64,000 nt of DNA, taken from the NCBI GenBank assembly GCA_963716725.1, contig CAVQUB010000021.1, positions 1-64,000 of the forward strand. Reading direction: 5' to 3'. Numbering within the stretch: the stretch's first letter is position 1; the number at the start of each line of letters is the position of its first letter. Positions 10,270-19,802 of the stretch are shown piece after piece. A model generated the notes under the pieces. It saw only the letters and a list, made by a program, of their open reading frames with translations, was not told where the DNA came from and did not search any database. Made by a program: the position numbers and the translations under genes. The DNA comes from an uncultured delta proteobacterium (GTDB taxonomy: Bacteria > Myxococcota_A > Polyangia > Polyangiales > Polyangiaceae).

Positions 10270-11630
10270 TCAACTCCCATCCGTCGCACACCGGAATCCC
10301 GTCCCCACCCGCGCCACCGACGCGTTCAGAGCGTAGCGCTTGGTGAACGCCGTCTCGCTCGATTCTCGACTCCGGTGTCCCGCCCCGGAGCACGCCCTTC
10401 ATGCCGGCGCTCCAGCGCACGAGGGGGTCTGTCGCGGCTCGTGTTCCGAGGTCGGCTTCGAATGCGTCCGCAACCCATTCAGCCGCGGCGCCGCTCATTC
10501 CCTCGATGCCCAGCTTCGCTCCCGCGCGAGCCGCGAACTCCCATTCCGCCTCCGTGGGCAGGCGCAGCCCCGACCAGCGACAGAACGCTTCGCTTTGCTC
10601 GCGGTTCACGCAGGTCATCGCGTCTGCGCTCGAGTCGGACGCAGCACACCCGGGCGGCGTACACGCATGCTTGGAAACGCAGCGCGCGTAATCGCCAACG
10701 GTGACCTCCTGCTGCTGAATGCGGTAGGGGCGCGAGATGGTAACTTCGCGGGCGCGAAGCTCTCCGGCATTCGGGCGCGCGCTCCCCATCTCGAAAGTGC
10801 CGGGGCTGATACCCACGAGACGACTCGGCTCCGGCCCGCCCGAATCCGCCTCCGCGGCTCGCGCGGCGGACGCTTCTGTGGTGGCGACCGGTCCCGCGGG
10901 CAGACCCGAGGCGCTTCCGGGTGCCTTGCTCGGTCCACCAGCCAGCAACAGAGCGCCGGCGAGTCCCCCTCCGATCACGAGCGCGATGCCAGCGACCACC
11001 ACGAGTGGCCTGAGGGACCGGGCTGGTGAAGCCGGTGGCTCGAACTGCGGAATGCTGGCCACGTGCGAAGCGGTCGTGCTGAGTCCGCCCGCCACGGGCT
11101 GCGTCGCACTGGCTGACGGCAGCGGCGCCGATGGCCCCGACGACGCCAGGACCGTGGCAGAGTTCCCCAAGGTCTCGAACTCAGCACTTGCCTTGCGAAG
11201 TGCGGTCCAAAACGAATCAGCGTCAGCGAAACGTTGGCGCGGTTCCACGGACAGCGCGCGGCGCACGACCGCTTCCACTGCGTCACTCACCGCGACTCCA
11301 CGCGCCCTGAGCGTCGGCCGGCTCGACTCGTCCACGGAGCTCACGAAGAGCTGTCCCGTGTCGTCGCCCTCTAGTGACTCATGCCCGCTAGCGACCTCGA
11401 CCAACACCAGAGCGAGCGCGAACACGTCAGTCCACGGGCCAGTGGCACCGTAGCGTCGCGTGAACTGCTCCGGTGCTCCGTACTTGGGAGTGAACGCCTG
11501 GATGCTCCCGCCAGTCGCGGCGAGCGCTCGCGTCACGCTCTCGTTCTCGGTCAGCACCTTCGCGATTCCGAAATCGAGAACCTTCAGCGTCGTTTGACCT
11601 GCAATCCTGGAAAGAAAGAGGTTCGCTTGG
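10270..11630 (-). pseudogene. N-terminally truncated Ser/Thr kinase - TM - FGE-sulfatase domain protein
   Basis: Begins at ANLFL (no N-lobe, no HRD), then KVLDFGIAK, YGAPEQ, a TM segment, GTFEMGS, LRLPTEAEWEFAAR; terminal GFRCA is in a shifted frame. Confidence 0.75.
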
Positions 11631-11656
11631 CAGGCATGCTGGGGCTCGGCGTGGGG

Positions 11657-12544
11657 ATGCGGCCGTCTGCAATTCTGGTCGTGTTGGCGGCGCTCTTGGC
11701 GTGCAAGAGCGGGGGCGACAAGACCGCGCCGTCCGCGTCCGCGGCCGTGGCGCCTAGCGCACCGCCTGCGGTCACAGCTGAAGTGACCCGCATCAAAATC
11801 CCCGAACGCGCGGTCGGATCGGGTTGGACGAAGGACTCCTCGCGCTTCGTGCAGGCGTTCAAGTTCGCGCTCCCGGAGGCCGCGCAGACAGGTGCCACAT
11901 TCAAGGACGCGCGCGCCGCGTGCGAGGGGATCGGTCGCGACTTGTGCAGTGAAGACCAGTGGGAGCTGGCGTGCGCAACGGATGAAACCGTCGGCAAGGC
12001 CGCGAGTTGGACGATCACGCCGGCTGGGGCGACGGGCTGGCGAGTCCGTGGGGCCGGCGGCTGTGAGACCCGCGCCGACGCTGCAGACGGTTCCGCGACG
12101 GCCGGTCGCATCGGCCTCTGCTGCGAGCGCCGCGCTGCCATTTCGACGAGCAAGAACCGACAGGAATCCGTGATGAAAGCCGCGCAGACCTACATCGAGA
12201 TCATCGAGAAGGCCTCCAATTCTGGCTCTCCCGCGGAAGTCACCAAGCTCCTCGCCGACCGCGCGAAGGTGTTCAAGACCGAGATGACGCGCGACGGAGC
12301 CGAGAAAGACCTCTCCAGCGACTGGAAGCGCTGGCCCAAGCAGAACGTGCGTTTCTTTCGCTGCGTCGCGGACGCCGCCGGTGAAGACGGCAACTTCGAG
12401 TGCGACGCAGTCGGGACGCGAACGCCCGCAAGTACCGACGTTCCCGAGCTCAGCGTCTTCCATGTGCGCTTCGAGTACGAGAAATACAAATACACCGTGT
12501 TCGCGGATCCAACGTCGATCCTGCGAAAGTGGGGGGCGTACTGA
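11657..12544 (+). CDS. Putative lipoprotein, with a partial FGE-like segment and an unknown C-terminal domain
   Basis: Lipobox LLAC, Pro/Ala linker, DLCSEDQWELAC and IGLCC motifs. Confidence 0.65.
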   Translation: MRPSAILVVLAALLACKSGGDKTAPSASAAVAPSAPPAVTAEVTRIKIPERAVGSGWTKDSSRFVQAFKFALPEAAQTGATFKDARAACEGIGRDLCSEDQWELACATDETVGKAASWTITPAGATGWRVRGAGGCETRADAADGSATAGRIGLCCERRAAISTSKNRQESVMKAAQTYIEIIEKASNSGSPAEVTKLLADRAKVFKTEMTRDGAEKDLSSDWKRWPKQNVRFFRCVADAAGEDGNFECDAVGTRTPASTDVPELSVFHVRFEYEKYKYTVFADPTSILRKWGAY

Positions 12545-12717
12545 CCGCTCCTCGCCGCGCGACGCCGGACCGACCCGATGAATGTTGCCGCTCACCACGT
12601 CGAGGGCCGAGCAAGGTGGAAGGACGCATCCACTGGGTCGGACCCACCGGTTCGTAACCACCGAACACGCGGACAGGCTTTGCCGACCGGCCGGCGGCAT
12701 GAGAGAGTACGACCGAC

Positions 12718-13899
12718 GTGACTGACGTGGAGTTCGAGGGCCTCGAGCAGGTTCGCACGGGCCTCGCCCGGTTGTCGTTGGGCACCGCAGCTCGCGAATC
12801 GGGCCTGTCCATCGATCGACTGCGCGCTGTCGAAGGCGGAGTTCCACCCTCGGTGTTCGAAATCGAGCGCCTGGCCAGTGTCTACTCCGTCGAGGCGGAC
12901 TCCCTATGGGACGAGCCGATCCGAGTCCCGTCGGGCGACGAAGTCGTACTTCTGACCAGCCTCGACGAATTCACTGAGCTCGGCGACCTCACTCGCGCGA
13001 AGATCCTGCGGGCTGCGTCGGCGGCGAGGGACTTCGTTTGGCTGCGGCGGCTGGTGGACGAGACCGAGCTCCCGTGGTTTCCGCCTCCACCTCCCCAGCA
13101 GCTGCCACCGTGGGAGCAGGGTGCGGCTCTCGCCGAGGCTGTCCGTCGGGAATGCTCGCTCGGAGTCGAACCGCTCCGCTCCGTGCGCGAACTAGTATCG
13201 ACACGGTTCTCCTGGATCGGTCTGCTGTACTCCCGCCTTGGCACGCGAGGAGCTCCAGCGGGACTCGGGTTCGCCGGCGGCGCGCGCGGACCGACCATCG
13301 TCCTGAATCTGGAGGGCAAGAACGTCAACGCCTTGGTGCGACGGTTCAGCTTGGCGCACGAGCTCTGCCACCTCCTGACGGACTGGCACCAGGGCACCCC
13401 GCTCACTTCAATTTCGGGATTCCTGACGGATACAGGCCTGGCCCGTGAGCAACGTGCGAACGCGTTTGCGGCGCGGCTCCTTTGCCCGCCTTCGGTCGTA
13501 CAGGGGCTGAGCAGCACCCGTGACGAGGACGCTGCGAGGCTGTTGATGGAGGAGTTCGGACTTCACTACTCGGCCGCGCGCCTCTACCTCGGCGACGAAG
13601 GCAGGATTCACTTGCCGCCGAAACCTCCTCCGGAGATCCGATCATTCATCGAGCCTGCGCCAAGGTGGATCGAAGCGGAGGCTCCCCGAGGCGTCGAAGA
13701 CTTTCCGGTGGCCGACGCACCCACCGAGCGGCGCGGCGCGTTCGCAGAAGTGGCCGCGCGCGCTTACGCAAACGGCGTTGTCGGCCGGGATGCTCTGGCC
13801 AGGTTGCTCGGCCTCACGCCAGGTCATCCGCTCGAAGAGATCCTGGCCTACTTCGATCTCGATGCCCCCGACCCGGCTGCGTCGCCCGCAGTCGCTTGA
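12718..13899 (+). CDS. XRE-type HTH fused to an ImmA/IrrE (M78) metallopeptidase
   Basis: N-terminal HTH (LSLGTAARESGLSIDRLRAVEGG); RRFSLAHELCHLL and EQRANAFAARLL. Confidence 0.88.
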   Translation: MTDVEFEGLEQVRTGLARLSLGTAARESGLSIDRLRAVEGGVPPSVFEIERLASVYSVEADSLWDEPIRVPSGDEVVLLTSLDEFTELGDLTRAKILRAASAARDFVWLRRLVDETELPWFPPPPPQQLPPWEQGAALAEAVRRECSLGVEPLRSVRELVSTRFSWIGLLYSRLGTRGAPAGLGFAGGARGPTIVLNLEGKNVNALVRRFSLAHELCHLLTDWHQGTPLTSISGFLTDTGLAREQRANAFAARLLCPPSVVQGLSSTRDEDAARLLMEEFGLHYSAARLYLGDEGRIHLPPKPPPEIRSFIEPAPRWIEAEAPRGVEDFPVADAPTERRGAFAEVAARAYANGVVGRDALARLLGLTPGHPLEEILAYFDLDAPDPAASPAVA

Positions 13900-14477
13900 C
13901 TACCGTGCGACCCGTACTGCTCGACGCCGACGCTTTCATCCATTTGAGGGGCCTCGACCTGCTCGAACTCATCGCCGATGCGGTCAGCGGAAAGGCCGAA
14001 CTGGCGCTGACCGAGTATGTGGCCCGCCACGAATTGTCCACACTCGAGAGGATCCTGACGCCGCTCGAGATTGCCGGAAAGATCGTGGTGTACCAACTGC
14101 TCAAGGGCACCCCAGAGCAGCTCCTCTATCGCGAGTACCAACAACGGGTAAAGCGTGGGGAATTTGATCGCCGTGTCGACAAAGGCGAATGCGAAGCCGT
14201 CGCTTGGGCCGCGAGCCGGCCAGTTGGCGACGCCCCCGTGTTCGTCTCCTGCGACGGGGGGGCGCGGTGGCTTGCGAGGAAGGCTTCCATCCGCTCGACA
14301 GACATATTCGGACTGGCCGCCGCGCTCGTTCGGTCGGGCGCAATCGCCTCCAATGATTTGGAAGACCGCGTTTCCTTGTGGGACACGTCCGCTTCCCACT
14401 GCAAACCCGTTGGGTATGAGGGCTTCAGGTTCGAACTCGCCAAGCGAGCTACCGCGGAGACCGACCTGTTCGATTGA
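13896..14477 (+). CDS. PIN-domain nuclease
   Basis: VLLDADAFIHL...DKGECEAVAWA...FVSCDGGAR acidic pattern; start overlaps the upstream stop. Confidence 0.75.
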   Translation: MTTVRPVLLDADAFIHLRGLDLLELIADAVSGKAELALTEYVARHELSTLERILTPLEIAGKIVVYQLLKGTPEQLLYREYQQRVKRGEFDRRVDKGECEAVAWAASRPVGDAPVFVSCDGGARWLARKASIRSTDIFGLAAALVRSGAIASNDLEDRVSLWDTSASHCKPVGYEGFRFELAKRATAETDLFD

Positions 14478-14807
14478 GCGCCGAGCTAGCGCGCCGCCTT
14501 CCGACGTGGCGCGCCAGCTGCTCCCCTATGTCTGCGACTCCGCAGCCCGCCCGCGGCCACCGCAAACGCGGCGCGCGAGCGCGGACGTTTGGGAGAGGCA
14601 GCGCACGCAGTCGCCCGCGGGGCGGCGAGCACGCTGGGGGTGGGCACCGTCGCTTGCTGCATTTCTTCGTGCTCCTCCGAGGAGTTTCGGCCGAGCAGCA
14701 CGGGATGAGGCCGGGGACTGGCGCGGCGTGTAGATCCCCGTCTCCAAAATGTCTCCACGACGCCGGTCGCATCACGGGCACCCACGTCGACCCACGTCGA
14801 CAGCGTC

Positions 14808-14867
14808 GCGCCGTGGAAGCGCCGGAAGATCGAACACTTGGGACTGAAAGACGAGCGACATCGCCGC
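14808..14867 (+). repeat. 60-bp direct repeat, copy 1
   Basis: GCGCCGTGGAAGCGCCGGAAGATCGAACACTTGGGACTGAAAGACGAGCGACATCGCCGC matches 16178-16237 with 5 mismatches. Confidence 0.85.
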
Positions 14868-14887
14868 GTTTGAAAGATCGTCCCACG

Positions 14888-14912
14888 AGAATTCGACTCC
14901 CGGCGCCTCCAC
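14888..14912 (+). mobile_element. att-like core, second tmRNA 3' fragment
   Basis: AGAATTCGACTCCCGGCGCCTCCAC; 24 of 25 nt identical to 8662-8686. Confidence 0.7.
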
Positions 14913-14973
14913 CGAAGGTCGGGGACCCGGGTGAGGCGAGCCCAGGCGTCGTGCCGAGACTGCGTTTGGCGCT

Positions 14974-15237
14974 ATGATGACTTCCGTGAACGCCGACGAG
15001 CTCCGCGCCGAAGCCCTCGCCCTCCCAGCAGACGCCCGCGCCGAGCTCGCGCAGGTGCTTCTCGAGAGCCTGCACGAAGAGGCAGATCCCGACGCGGCCG
15101 CCGCGTGGGTCGCCGAGATCGATCGCCGCGCTCAGGCCGTCGCGGACGGCACCGCGAAGCTCGTGGACTGGCAAGATGCCCGCGACCGTATCACCGCTCG
15201 CCTGAAGGCCCGGCGTGAAGCTCGTACTCCTCGCTGA
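14974..15237 (+). CDS. Addiction-module antitoxin (TIGR02574-like)
   Basis: ALALPADARAELAQVLLESL...AWVAEIDRR; overlaps the ParE toxin gene. Confidence 0.85.
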   Translation: MMTSVNADELRAEALALPADARAELAQVLLESLHEEADPDAAAAWVAEIDRRAQAVADGTAKLVDWQDARDRITARLKARREARTPR

Positions 15238-15526
15238 AGCCGAGGACGAGCTCACGGACGCGGCGGCCTGGTACGACGCCCGGCGCGAAGGGCTGGGCGA
15301 TGAGCTCCTTCGTGTGGTCTTCGACGCCCTGAACGTGATTCTCGAAGCTCCGGAGGCGTGGCCACGGTGGCCTGATGCTCCGGGACGCATCCCGCCCGTC
15401 CGCCGCGTCGTGCTGCCCCGGTTCCCCTACGCGATCGCGTACCAGGTGTACGCCGATCGCGTGGTCGTGCTCGCGCTGGCCCACGGTAGGCGCAAACCGC
15501 TCTACTGGGTCGAGCGCTCGGGATGA
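15215..15526 (+). CDS. RelE/ParE-family toxin
   Basis: AEDELTDAAAWYD...GLG...RRVVLPRFPYAIAY...VLALAHGRRKPLYW. Confidence 0.9.
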   Translation: MKLVLLAEAEDELTDAAAWYDARREGLGDELLRVVFDALNVILEAPEAWPRWPDAPGRIPPVRRVVLPRFPYAIAYQVYADRVVVLALAHGRRKPLYWVERSG

Positions 15527-15596
15527 GGGCTTGCCGCCGTGCGTCGAGCCGACTTCGGAATGCCTCGCCCCGGGACCAGCGTTGCCGGTGCAGGGC

Positions 15597-16133
15597 ATGG
15601 ATCCGCAGCCGCGACGGGATCTCGGACCTGGCATCGAGGCGAGCCTGAAGGCCAAGATCGAGCGCCTGCTTTCGCGCCCGATCATTGCGGAGATCGCTGG
15701 AAGCCGCGACGACGCCGGCGACAGCGAAGCACCCCCTGACACGTTCCTAGCGCTCCAGAACGCTGCGCGCCATTTCCGCACGGGAAGCGCTGACGCTTGG
15801 GGCGAGAACCCAGCGGATGGCACGTGCACGATCCACATCTTCATCGACTACGACGAAAAGTGGCGCGGCTGTGAGAAGGAGATCCAGCAGGCCGTCTCGA
15901 GCTCTGTCGAGAGCGCCATCACCTTCTTGACGGATGCGCAAAGATCGTTGCTCGCGAGTTCGCCGGAGTCAGTCCCATACCCTGCCCGGTTGCCGTACCA
16001 GGAGCTTCCAGCCACTAGTGCTCCGCAGAGCAGCCCCGCGACGAATCGTGCCATGCATCGACAGACGCCCGGCGCCGGCGCTGGTTCCCAGAATTCTTGT
16101 TTGGAAGGAACTCGCTGCGCGGTGCGGGCGTAA
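15597..16133 (+). CDS. Hypothetical protein
   Basis: Protein-like portion of ORF 15375..16133 from MDPQP; no motif recognised. Confidence 0.4.
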   Translation: MDPQPRRDLGPGIEASLKAKIERLLSRPIIAEIAGSRDDAGDSEAPPDTFLALQNAARHFRTGSADAWGENPADGTCTIHIFIDYDEKWRGCEKEIQQAVSSSVESAITFLTDAQRSLLASSPESVPYPARLPYQELPATSAPQSSPATNRAMHRQTPGAGAGSQNSCLEGTRCAVRA

Positions 16134-16177
16134 GAGGCGCGAGCTCGGACCGAGCCCAGCCTCGTGGAAACGGCGCA

Positions 16178-16237
16178 GCGCCGCGGAAGCGCCGGAAGAT
16201 CGAAGACCTGGGACTGAACGGCGAGCGACATCGCCGC
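16178..16237 (+). repeat. 60-bp direct repeat, copy 2
   Basis: Matches 14808-14867; no att core follows this copy. Confidence 0.85.
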
Positions 16238-16393
16238 ACTTGGATCTATCGGGCGGGTCGGTGACCGGAGGCCGCCGCTTTTCTCACGCGCCGATCTTTG
16301 GATTGAATTTCTTCCGAAGCGCGCCCATACCAAAGGCAGCGGTCACGAAGAGTTCACGGGGAGACCGCCAGAAGACATGGAGTAGGTGGGATT

Positions 16394-19300
16394 ATGAAAC
16401 TCTCCTGGGAGCTTTCGCGACGCGACTTCATGGTAGCTGCGCTGGTCGTGGCAGCGTGCGGCGGCGATGATGATTCATCCGGCAAGCCGAAGACCGACGG
16501 CGGCGCTGGTGCCGGTGGTGCCGGTGGTGCCGGTGGCGCCGATGGCGGCACGGGCCCGCGGGTGCCATTCGGAGTGTGGGAAGAGGTGCGTGCCGCGCTG
16601 CGCACCAGTCCGGACCATTTGCCAGCCCGGGCCGACGCCCTCGTCGCCGGCAAGGACGCCAAGGCGATCTACGAGTTCGTCCGAGATCAGATCGTCACGC
16701 TGCCCGCCAATCTGACCACCTTGGGAGGCGAGACGCCCCGGCTCTTCGGCGTGCGCGGCACGCTGCGCGGCGGCGCGGGCTCGATGCGCGACAAGGCCGA
16801 TCTCTTGGTCGAGCTCTACAAGCGTGCCGGGCTGGAGGCGGAAGTCGTCGCCGTTTCCACGCCGAAGACCGCCGACTTCGTCAAAACGGTTCTGATTCGG
16901 AGCGTGAGCCGGGTCTTCGACCCGCAGGTTTCGGATCAAAAGGTGTCCGAGTGGTTGAGCCTTCTGAAAATCGCTCCGTCGACTGTCAAGGAGGTCCTGG
17001 ACCCGGACAATGCGGCGGCCACAGCGCTGGCCCAAGCGCTGCTGGCTCAGTTGCCCGCCGACGCGAAGGCCCAGGGCTTCGATTTCTCACCGCCGATCAG
17101 CATCCCGATCGTGCGCGTGACGGTCGCAGGAGAGAAGAAGCTCGCCAACCCGGCGCTGCCAGATCTCGCTTTCGGTGAGTCCGGAAGTGCAGGCAACCCG
17201 AGCAAGGTCGCAGCGGCGCAGACCCTGCCCAAGCTGACCGCGACGCTATCCATCGTCAGCTCCGCAGAGCCGAAAGTGCCTGTGGATCTGGTGAGTGGCG
17301 AGTTCGAAGTGGAGGCTTTGCCGGGACGTTCCCTACGCATCGGCATGGCTCCGCCCGAAGGCTTGGCGCAAATCGCGACCCGTTCGCTGGATCAGCTGCG
17401 CACCTTCATCCCTGTCTTGTTTTTGGACGGCCCCGACCTGACCAAAGCGGAGCGTGATCAACACACCTTCGTTGGTTCCGCCCTGACGCGCAGCGGCGAC
17501 GTGATCGCCAAAGGATCCGACGGCAGCTACAGCGTGGGCGGCGTCCCCCTGGACACGAGCCCCCTCGACCCAGCCAAAGCCGCCAGCGTGAAGACGCTGA
17601 CCCTGGGCATTAGCGAGAGCGGCTTTCCGCGCGTCACCCTCCGGGCCGGCGCCGTGGATGGATCCGGCAATAGCGTGCACGGACTGAGCGCCAGCGCATT
17701 CCTGCTCGAAGAAGAAGGCGCCGAACGCGCATTCAGCCTGCTGGAGAACAAACCTGCCGCCCCCCGCGTGGTGTTCGTGCTGGACAAGTCCACGAGCTTG
17801 CCGCCGGAGTTCAGCGGCGCCCAGGCGGCTCTGTTGGTGAAGACCATCGCCGCGCAGCTCTTGGCCAAGTTCACCGACGCGAGTTTTCGCATCCACACCG
17901 TCGGTGGTTCCGCCAACGATGGTGCGTGGACGAGCGACCCCGCAGTGCTCGAGCAAGCAGCGCTGAATCAATATGCCTGGGGTTCCGATCTGTGGGAGGC
18001 CTTGAGCGACGCCGCGAAACTAGCGGGCACCGTCCTCATCTTCATCACCGACGGAGACGCGACGGACACGCCCGACGCCGAAGCGCTCGCGGCAGTGAGC
18101 ACGGCGCCTCCTTCGGTGATGGTGCACGTCGGCACCTTCCCGACCACAACGCTGGATCTGATGGCAAAGATCACGGGTGGCACCGTGGTCTCCGTCACCA
18201 TGCAGTCCCAAGCCATCGCCGCCGCGGACCAATTCATCGTCGCCCGTCAGAAGAACTCGTACTTGCTGCGCTATGAAGCTCCGCTGGCCGGTCCAAGCAC
18301 TCGCAAGGTTCAGCTCTCGATCCGGAGCGGCACTGCATCAGCAATCGGGCAGTACACGGTGCCCGCTCCCGCGGACATCAAGCCACCCAAGCGCTTCGGT
18401 GGGCTATTGCTCACTCTGGACATCGGCTCAGAGACCATCACGCGCGTCCTCGCGGGGCGTCAGGAAGTGCTAGCAGACACGGTGGAGTCCGTGTTCGCGG
18501 AGGTAGATGACGCGTTCTTCGGGAGCTTCGAGCTGCGCTTCGAAGCCGGTGCGCCCACCGCCGCACAGGTTGCCGACGATCTGATCACCGCGCGTCTCGG
18601 CCTGGAGCCACTGTGGGACGCAACGCGGGGTTCGGACTTGTCCGCGATCTACGACGCGCTCGTGCAGTCGCCGGCGATGCCGGCCCTCGGCGCCTTCGCA
18701 TTGCACGCGCCGGTCATCGCCGAAGCCGGCGCCCTGGTCTACCCCACGGGGCTGCGCGCCGCCCTGCACTCGGTGATGCCGCGCGGCAAGAAGAGCGTGG
18801 TGCGCCGCGTGGACATGCTGCCCCTCAGCCCCTACGCGGCCGTCAACGCCGATGGCCGCGCTGCGCTCACCCAGGCGATGAACGCGACCGCTCGTTTCGC
18901 GTTGATCGAGTCCACGCTCCTTGCCAAGAGCACCCAGAGTCTGCTGAAGGGTATTCCGCTGGTCCTGGTGCCCAAGTTCCAGGACATCGCGAACGTGGTG
19001 TCGGGCCTCACCCCCGAGCTGATCGAGCGCTGGCGCTTGGCGACCAAGGGCTATACGAACTCGTTCCGCGTCGCTTCGAGCACTGGCCTGCCGGTGGCAT
19101 TCTGGCATGTCGATCCGGACACCGGCGCGCTGCTCGGTGTACTCGAGAACGGCAGCGGCGGCGCTGAAGAAGCCGAAGCATTTCAGGCCGAGATGAACAG
19201 CTTGATCGACCTGATCAACCGACTGGCAAACCTGGCCGGAGCGACGGGCGCACTCAGCGGCGCCGGCGGCTTGTGGCTCTCGCTCGAGCTCACCAAGGCC

Positions 19301-19531
19301 AAGAAGCTACTCGGCGCGACCGTCGTCATCGCCGGCGGCACTTCGTCAGACGACCCCACGAACTGGGACGACTACGGTTGCGCAGCGGCGTCCGGCGCCG
19401 CCGGCGGCGTGTTCGGCGGCATGTCCGGCCTGGGTGGCCTCGCCGGAGCGATCGGCCAACTCGGCGAAGCCCTCGGAAAGGCCGACAACGTGATGGGCGC
19501 TGCCACGGGTCACTCGCCGATCTGCGGGTAG
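16394..19531 (+). CDS. Large Tat-type lipoprotein with transglutaminase-like and vWA domains
   Basis: SRRDF plus lipobox VAAC; AIYEFVRDQI...RGTLRGGAGSMRDKADLL; VFVLDKSTS and IFITDG (vWA MIDAS). Confidence 0.75.
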   Translation: MKLSWELSRRDFMVAALVVAACGGDDDSSGKPKTDGGAGAGGAGGAGGADGGTGPRVPFGVWEEVRAALRTSPDHLPARADALVAGKDAKAIYEFVRDQIVTLPANLTTLGGETPRLFGVRGTLRGGAGSMRDKADLLVELYKRAGLEAEVVAVSTPKTADFVKTVLIRSVSRVFDPQVSDQKVSEWLSLLKIAPSTVKEVLDPDNAAATALAQALLAQLPADAKAQGFDFSPPISIPIVRVTVAGEKKLANPALPDLAFGESGSAGNPSKVAAAQTLPKLTATLSIVSSAEPKVPVDLVSGEFEVEALPGRSLRIGMAPPEGLAQIATRSLDQLRTFIPVLFLDGPDLTKAERDQHTFVGSALTRSGDVIAKGSDGSYSVGGVPLDTSPLDPAKAASVKTLTLGISESGFPRVTLRAGAVDGSGNSVHGLSASAFLLEEEGAERAFSLLENKPAAPRVVFVLDKSTSLPPEFSGAQAALLVKTIAAQLLAKFTDASFRIHTVGGSANDGAWTSDPAVLEQAALNQYAWGSDLWEALSDAAKLAGTVLIFITDGDATDTPDAEALAAVSTAPPSVMVHVGTFPTTTLDLMAKITGGTVVSVTMQSQAIAAADQFIVARQKNSYLLRYEAPLAGPSTRKVQLSIRSGTASAIGQYTVPAPADIKPPKRFGGLLLTLDIGSETITRVLAGRQEVLADTVESVFAEVDDAFFGSFELRFEAGAPTAAQVADDLITARLGLEPLWDATRGSDLSAIYDALVQSPAMPALGAFALHAPVIAEAGALVYPTGLRAALHSVMPRGKKSVVRRVDMLPLSPYAAVNADGRAALTQAMNATARFALIESTLLAKSTQSLLKGIPLVLVPKFQDIANVVSGLTPELIERWRLATKGYTNSFRVASSTGLPVAFWHVDPDTGALLGVLENGSGGAEEAEAFQAEMNSLIDLINRLANLAGATGALSGAGGLWLSLELTKAKKLLGATVVIAGGTSSDDPTNWDDYGCAAASGAAGGVFGGMSGLGGLAGAIGQLGEALGKADNVMGAATGHSPICG

Positions 19532-19802
19532 CGCTCGAGTCACGGGGGAGAGTCTCTTTTCCCTCGTGCTTCGGCGGCGCGCGGGGAGTCGATAGCGTGG
19601 CGCTGATTGCCGCGCGGGCTTGGATCGACGAGCAAGCATCCGACTGTCGCACGACCACTCCTGCGAGTGATCGTGCCCGGGCCGTTGGGCGAGCGTCTCG
19701 TCGAGGCGCTGAAATAATGACTATGGCTCGGGCTGCTGCGTTCAAGTAAGCACGCATCCACGGGAGGTCCGCTTTCCGTTCAGCAGCTCGAGCAATTGTC
19801 CG

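Noticed and set aside
9992..12847. 951-aa minus-strand ORF as one gene
   Set aside because: Only about 10270-11630 is protein-like; the rest is antisense to real plus-strand genes or intergenic.
14808..16237. 60-bp repeats as integron attC sites
   Set aside because: No RYYYAAC/GTTRRRY boxes or attC-type palindrome, and no integron integrase in the window.
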